Source: Candidatus Altimarinota bacterium | Lineage (GTDB): Bacteria; Patescibacteriota; Gracilibacteria; UBA1369 | DNA: 32,000 bases | NCBI GenBank assembly: GCA_041659405.1 | Contig: JBAZYK010000003.1 | Span: 90,001 to 122,000 of the forward strand | Direction of reading: 5' to 3' | Shown here: positions 27,934 through 32,000 of the stretch, in pieces | Numbering within the stretch: position 1 is the first letter of the stretch | How the letters are laid out: the number at the start of each line of letters is the position of its first letter | Made by a program: the position numbers and the translations under genes | The notes under the pieces: generated by a model | Told to the model about the DNA's origin: nothing | What the model saw: only the letters and a program-made list of their open reading frames with translations | Database searches by the model: none

Positions 27934-27957
27934 AATGGTTTATCCACATAACAAAAA

Positions 27958-27979
27958 CCCCACTTTTTTCAAAGTGGGG
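27958..27979 (-). terminator. perfect 9-bp hairpin; U-tract follows on the minus strand
   Basis: CCCCACTTT-tttc-AAAGTGGGG; minus-strand sequence continues GGGGTTTTTG. Confidence 0.5.
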
Positions 27980-27991
27980 CGGAATTCCGGG

Positions 27992-28045
27992 ACCTTATGG
28001 GTTCTCAAGTTAGAAAAATAAGTGAGAACTCAAGGTTTTTATTTT
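27992..28045 (+). terminator. rho-independent terminator candidate for the SLH gene
   Basis: ACCTT...GTTCTCA / TGAGAAC...AAGGT stem followed by TTTTTATTTT. Confidence 0.55.
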
Positions 28046-28061
28046 GGAATTTGTTTTTGTT

Positions 28062-28370
28062 TATAGCTGACTAAGCGTTTTTGTCTGCTGAGCTTTGGCT
28101 GAGGTTTTCAGTCCGGCCAGGGACCGTCCGTTGAGTGTGTTCTACAGATCACCGAAGTGATAAGACAGAGAACACCGGACCGCGGGAAGCGGTAAGAGCG
28201 TTAGTCATTCGCTTTACCAGCACTTAGCAAGGACAGAGAGAAGGTGAAAGTTCTAGGCACACTCGAGTATTAATGAGCATTTAGTTTGTGCAATTTTTTA
28301 GTAGCACACTCGCTAACACTCGTGTGTGGTGACGAAAGTTTCTAGGGCCGGCCTCCCAATCCCTTTTTTA
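28062..28370 (+). ncRNA. rnpB: structured non-coding RNA; candidate divergent RNase P RNA
   Basis: Ordered motifs resembling bacterial RNase P conserved regions: AGTCCGG (28110-28116), ACAGAGAACACCG (28165-28177), GCGGTAAGAGCG (28189-28200), TTAGCAAGGAC (28224-28234), GACGAAA...GGGCCGG (28331-28352); multiple compensated-looking hairpins; gene-free interval; ends before a T-run. Confidence 0.5.
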
Positions 28371-28687
28371 TAAGCGCACTTTCGTGCGTGGTGGCGGCAA
28401 ATTCATCCATTCACCTTCCTTTCTTTCTTTGCTATAGCTTTTTTACCGAGTTTTTAAAGACCTTTTTGTTTTTGAGGCGACCCGCCTTCTTTTTGTTTAT
28501 TTTTACTTTTTGTTTTCAAATCATTGTATCAAATAAAAGATTTAACGCAAATTATTATCATATACATATCTGAAGATATTTTCTAATTCAAAAACGCGGC
28601 CGATTTCATCACTTACAGACTCAGTACACTTTATATTTCATATTTTAGTAAAAATTTAGAAAACGTTAATAAACACAGTGTATTTTC

Positions 28688-28711
28688 AAAGGAGTCGAAT
28701 TCGACCCCTTT
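28688..28711. repeat. 24-bp palindrome AAAGGAGTCGAATTCGACCCCTTT with one mismatched pair
   Basis: 12-nt halves; core TCGAATTCGA and AAAGG/CCTTT arms shared with the KilA-N gene palindrome. Confidence 0.8.
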
Positions 28712-28861
28712 AAGTTTTTCAGATTTTAATTATGGCGAATTTGCCACAATTAAAAGGCAGGCAGGTTTGAATAGCTATAAAACCTCCCAACAACAAGAAA
28801 TATCTTATTAGTAAACAGGAAAAGTGCTATAATCCAGCAAGCATTTATGTAAAAAAATAAT

Positions 28862-29278
28862 ATGGCAAGAAAATTTGGAGTCAGATGGAGAGATTGGCTT
28901 CCAGAAATCGCATTATGTTACTTGGAATACGAAGAATTGGACACTCTCTCTATATTAAAATCCGTAGGTGGAATTTTAAGAATAATTGGATCAGCAGAAG
29001 AACAGTTCGCGGAAATAAATTCCGTATTGGATCTCCTAGTCGAAAAAAAACTACTTACTATTGTCAGTTCTAAACCAGGTTTGTATTGGGGCATCAATTT
29101 CAAGAATATTACATACAATCCCTCTAAAGAGTTTGAAGATCTAGTGAAAAATATGCAAAGAACAACACCAAATAGCAATAATGTAAACTACACAATAAAT
29201 CAAAAAGTCTATACCTTTAATTTAACATTTAACCTCGAGAAATTAGTAGAGCTAAAAACCGGATTAATAAATCTATAG
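28862..29278 (+). CDS. hypothetical protein, possible winged-helix-like small protein
   Basis: 138-aa open frame directly upstream of mod on the same strand; MARKFGVRWRDWLPEIALCYLEYEELDTLSILKSVGGILRII. Confidence 0.65.
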   Translation: MARKFGVRWRDWLPEIALCYLEYEELDTLSILKSVGGILRIIGSAEEQFAEINSVLDLLVEKKLLTIVSSKPGLYWGINFKNITYNPSKEFEDLVKNMQRTTPNSNNVNYTINQKVYTFNLTFNLEKLVELKTGLINL

Positions 29279-29307
29279 AATTCATAAAAACACTTCATCA
29301 CAATCCT

Positions 29308-31188
29308 ATGATTAAAGGAAAAATAGACGGGAATTCCAGTAACCCTCAAGCAAAACTTTTGGCAAAGCTGATGCAAGAAATGCCTGAGATTTTTTCAGAA
29401 GGAAAAATTGATAGCAAAAAACTCAAGGCAACACTTGGCGAAGACGTTATAACGGATCAAGAGCGTTATGGCCTTACTTGGGCCGGCAAAGCCGAGTGTT
29501 TCAAGAAAATTCAGGAAACTACGACCAATACTTTAAAGCCCTGCAGGGCTGAATCGGTTGATTTTGATAAGACAGAAAATCTGTTTATTGAAGGCGATAA
29601 TTTGCAGGTTTTAAAGGTTTTACAAAAGAGCTATTACAGCAAGGTGAAGATGATTTACATCGATCCGCCATACAATACCGGCAATGATTTTATTTATAAC
29701 GATAAATTCTCGAGAACAAAAAAAGAGGAATTGATTGCCAATGAGTCAATTGATGAGGAAGGTAACGTAATTAATCATGATTTATACCGCCAGAACACTC
29801 GCGATAGTGGGCATTTCCACAGCAATTGGCTAAATATGATGTATCCACGCCTCTTTTTGGCAAGAAACCTTTTAAAACAGGATGGCGTGATTTTTGTGAG
29901 CATTGACGACAACGAAGTGAAGAATTTGAGAGCAATGATGGATGAGATTTTTGGTGAGGAGAATTTTATTGGGCAGTTTGTGTGGAGAAAAAAGGCAGGA
30001 GGAGGCCAAGCAGACGATTATTTCGTTACTGAACATGAATATATCGTTGTGTATTGTCGTTCAGACGTTTTTCAGTGGAAAGATGAGTTAGTTCCTGTTG
30101 ACGAGGCGAAATTTAACAAAGAGGATGAAAAAGGTAGATATACCGCTGTTAAATTAGCTAAATGGGGCAATACTTCTCGAAAGGAGGATAGGCCTTCTAT
30201 GTATTACCCTGTAAAAATGCCTGATGATAAAAATGTTTATCCAATTGCTCCAGATGGTGGGGAAGGGCGTTGGCGAGTTGGCAAAAAACGAATGCAGGAA
30301 CTTCTTGAAAATGATTTAGTATTCTGGGGTGAATCAAAAGGAACAATAATTCCTTATGAAAAAATTTACCGTAATGGGTCTGAAATACAAGCCTTGAAAG
30401 ACAGGAGCGTTTTATATGAACTAGCTTCTACTGGTGATGGCACTAATGTTTTAACTGAAATTTTTGGAAAAAAAGATTTATTTGAAAATCCTAAACCCAT
30501 TCAGCTTGTTCATTTTTTTGCAAGAAATAATACAGGTGATAATGATTTAATTTTAGATTTTTTCGCCGGCTCCGGCACGGCTGCCCACGCCGTCATGCAA
30601 CTAAATGCCGAAGATGGCGGCAACCGGAAATGGATTTGCGTACAATTACCAGAAAAATGCAAAGAAGGAACTGAGGCACTAAAAACCGGTTTTGTAACAA
30701 TTGCCGATATTGCCAAAGAGCGTATTCGTAGAGCTGGCAAGAAAATTAAAGAAGGGGCAAAGGATAAGAAACTTGATCTTGGATTTAAGGCTTTTAAACT
30801 TGATGAAAGCAATTTCAAAATCTGGAATACACAAATAGCAAATGTAGAACAGCTTGAACAGCAATTGATGGATTTCATCGACAATGTCCGTCCTGAATCC
30901 TCAGCTGAAGACATGCTTTATGAACTTATATTAAAGAGTGGCAAGGAACTGAATATCGCGATTGAAGAAAAACAGGCCGATGGATGCAAATATCATCGAA
31001 TTGGTGATGGCTCTTTGATTATTTGTTTAGCGGACAAACTCACAAGACCACTCTTTGAGACTATTTTAAAAGACAAGCCGGAAAAGATCATCACTTTGGA
31101 TCGATCTTTTGCCAATAACGACCAACTCAAAATCAACATAATGCTGGATGCAGAACGCGCAGGGGTGAAGGAATTTAAAGTAATCTAA
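29308..31188 (+). CDS. mod: type III restriction-modification DNA methyltransferase (Mod)
   Basis: LFIEGDNLQVLKVLQKSYYSKVKMIYIDPPYNTGNDFIYND (DPPY catalytic motif IV) and LILDFFAGSGTAAHAVMQLN (SAM-binding motif I), beta-class order. Confidence 0.92.
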   Translation: MIKGKIDGNSSNPQAKLLAKLMQEMPEIFSEGKIDSKKLKATLGEDVITDQERYGLTWAGKAECFKKIQETTTNTLKPCRAESVDFDKTENLFIEGDNLQVLKVLQKSYYSKVKMIYIDPPYNTGNDFIYNDKFSRTKKEELIANESIDEEGNVINHDLYRQNTRDSGHFHSNWLNMMYPRLFLARNLLKQDGVIFVSIDDNEVKNLRAMMDEIFGEENFIGQFVWRKKAGGGQADDYFVTEHEYIVVYCRSDVFQWKDELVPVDEAKFNKEDEKGRYTAVKLAKWGNTSRKEDRPSMYYPVKMPDDKNVYPIAPDGGEGRWRVGKKRMQELLENDLVFWGESKGTIIPYEKIYRNGSEIQALKDRSVLYELASTGDGTNVLTEIFGKKDLFENPKPIQLVHFFARNNTGDNDLILDFFAGSGTAAHAVMQLNAEDGGNRKWICVQLPEKCKEGTEALKTGFVTIADIAKERIRRAGKKIKEGAKDKKLDLGFKAFKLDESNFKIWNTQIANVEQLEQQLMDFIDNVRPESSAEDMLYELILKSGKELNIAIEEKQADGCKYHRIGDGSLIICLADKLTRPLFETILKDKPEKIITLDRSFANNDQLKINIMLDAERAGVKEFKVI

Positions 31189-31198
31189 AAATCACTTT

Positions 31199-31450
31199 AT
31201 GGAGCCACTAAAATTTTCTGACCACAAGGCAAAAATCATCGAAGCTCTCAATGCCCGAGGCCCACAACTTGGCATTCTTGAACCAATAGCTTTGGTAGAA
31301 GGATTTATTAATCAGCCATTACAAATGGAATTTACGGGGGGACTAGTTATTGGCGGCCCAGCAATTCCTATGGTTGCCGTTGTTGGTAATAACAGTGGAA
31401 GAATTTACTATTTTGCCCTTAAAGCTTTATTACCAGATATTCAATTATAA
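31199..31450 (+). CDS. small hypothetical protein immediately downstream of mod
   Basis: MEPLKFSDHKAKIIEALNARGPQLGILEPIALVEGFINQPLQMEFTGGLVIGGPAIPMVAVVGNNSGRIYYFALKALLPDIQL; 10-nt gap from mod. Confidence 0.75.
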   Translation: MEPLKFSDHKAKIIEALNARGPQLGILEPIALVEGFINQPLQMEFTGGLVIGGPAIPMVAVVGNNSGRIYYFALKALLPDIQL

Positions 31451-31452
31451 AA

Positions 31453-32000
31453 TGGCTGATCCAATAAAAACAGCTACAGATAGGCCTGATACAACCCCTG
31501 CGACATTTGATGCTCCAACAGCTGCAGCACCCGTGGTTGCCCCTGCGTCTGGAGGAACTCCTGTTGGTCAAAATGTCACCACTCAGCAAGGAGAACAAAC
31601 TGTTCTTTCAAAATCAGATGTTGAAAAAATGATAAATGATGCAGTTGGAAAAGTTGATGAAAAAATACTGCCAATCACTGGGAAAATAGATAAATTCGAA
31701 AAAAGATTAGTAACTGATAAGGCCAGTTTAATGACTGTTTTTGGAATTTTTGCTTCTGTTGTTACATTTCTTTCTGTCGAAATTCAGTTTTTAAAAAATG
31801 TATGTGACCCACTACGTTTGGTCGGTTTTAGTCTGATTTTGCTGGCTTCACTGCTCTCATTTGTTTGGATTCTACACCTAATCGCTAATTATTGGATAAA
31901 CGAAAAAGTTAAAGACCATCCGAAACTGTTAGTGTTTTTTATATTTTTATTGTTTGTTTTTGGAGGATGGCTATTGTTTGCGGGTAAGGATGAAATTTCA
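31453..32000 (+). CDS. membrane protein, truncated at window edge: disordered N-terminus, coiled-coil-like stretch, about three C-terminal transmembrane helices
   Basis: Manual translation from ATG 31453 (MADPIKTATDRPDTTPATFDAPTAAAPVVAPASGG...LMTVFGIFASVVTFLSV...LVGFSLILLASLLSFVWILHLIANYW...LLVFFIFLLFVFGGWLLFAG) with no stop; not in the ORF track. Confidence 0.75.

Noticed and set aside
28388-28573. 61-aa ORF after the structured RNA
   Set aside because: Phe/Leu-rich translation of a T-rich spacer, no start context or homology signal.
1-32000. CRISPR arrays, tRNA genes, rRNA genes, transposases
   Set aside because: No regularly spaced direct repeats, no T-loop GGTTCGAATCC-type motifs in plausible context, no rRNA signature sequence and no recognisable transposase were seen. 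Faint cases would need tRNAscan-SE or an IS database search.

Overview
The window looks like ordinary chromosome from a low-to-moderate GC bacterium, possibly candidate phyla radiation; that placement is inference only. It is dominated by a dispersed pyrimidine biosynthesis locus: pyrF, pyrE, pyrK, class 1B pyrD, pyrC, class 2 pyrD, pyrB and carA. Housekeeping genes (trmD, P2-type cation ATPase, DUF167 protein, rsmA), a CDF transporter, a GNAT acetyltransferase and large envelope/S-layer-homology proteins are also present. Accessory content: a HigB/HigA-type toxin-antitoxin pair inside the minus-strand pyr gene string, a KilA-N protein gene, a compositionally alien GC-rich ORF behind an rRNA-like leader, and a type III R-M Mod gene with small companion genes at the right edge. 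The observations most worth following are: (1) related EcoRI-centred palindromes, one a perfect 32-bp palindrome inside the KilA-N gene, one just past its stop codon and a third before the Mod locus; (2) the GC-rich ORF at 11425-11886 with a strong promoter and boxA-like leader; (3) a structured RNA at about 28060-28370 carrying ordered motifs resembling RNase P RNA; (4) small unexplained genes around the Mod gene. No proven new system can be claimed from sequence reading alone.
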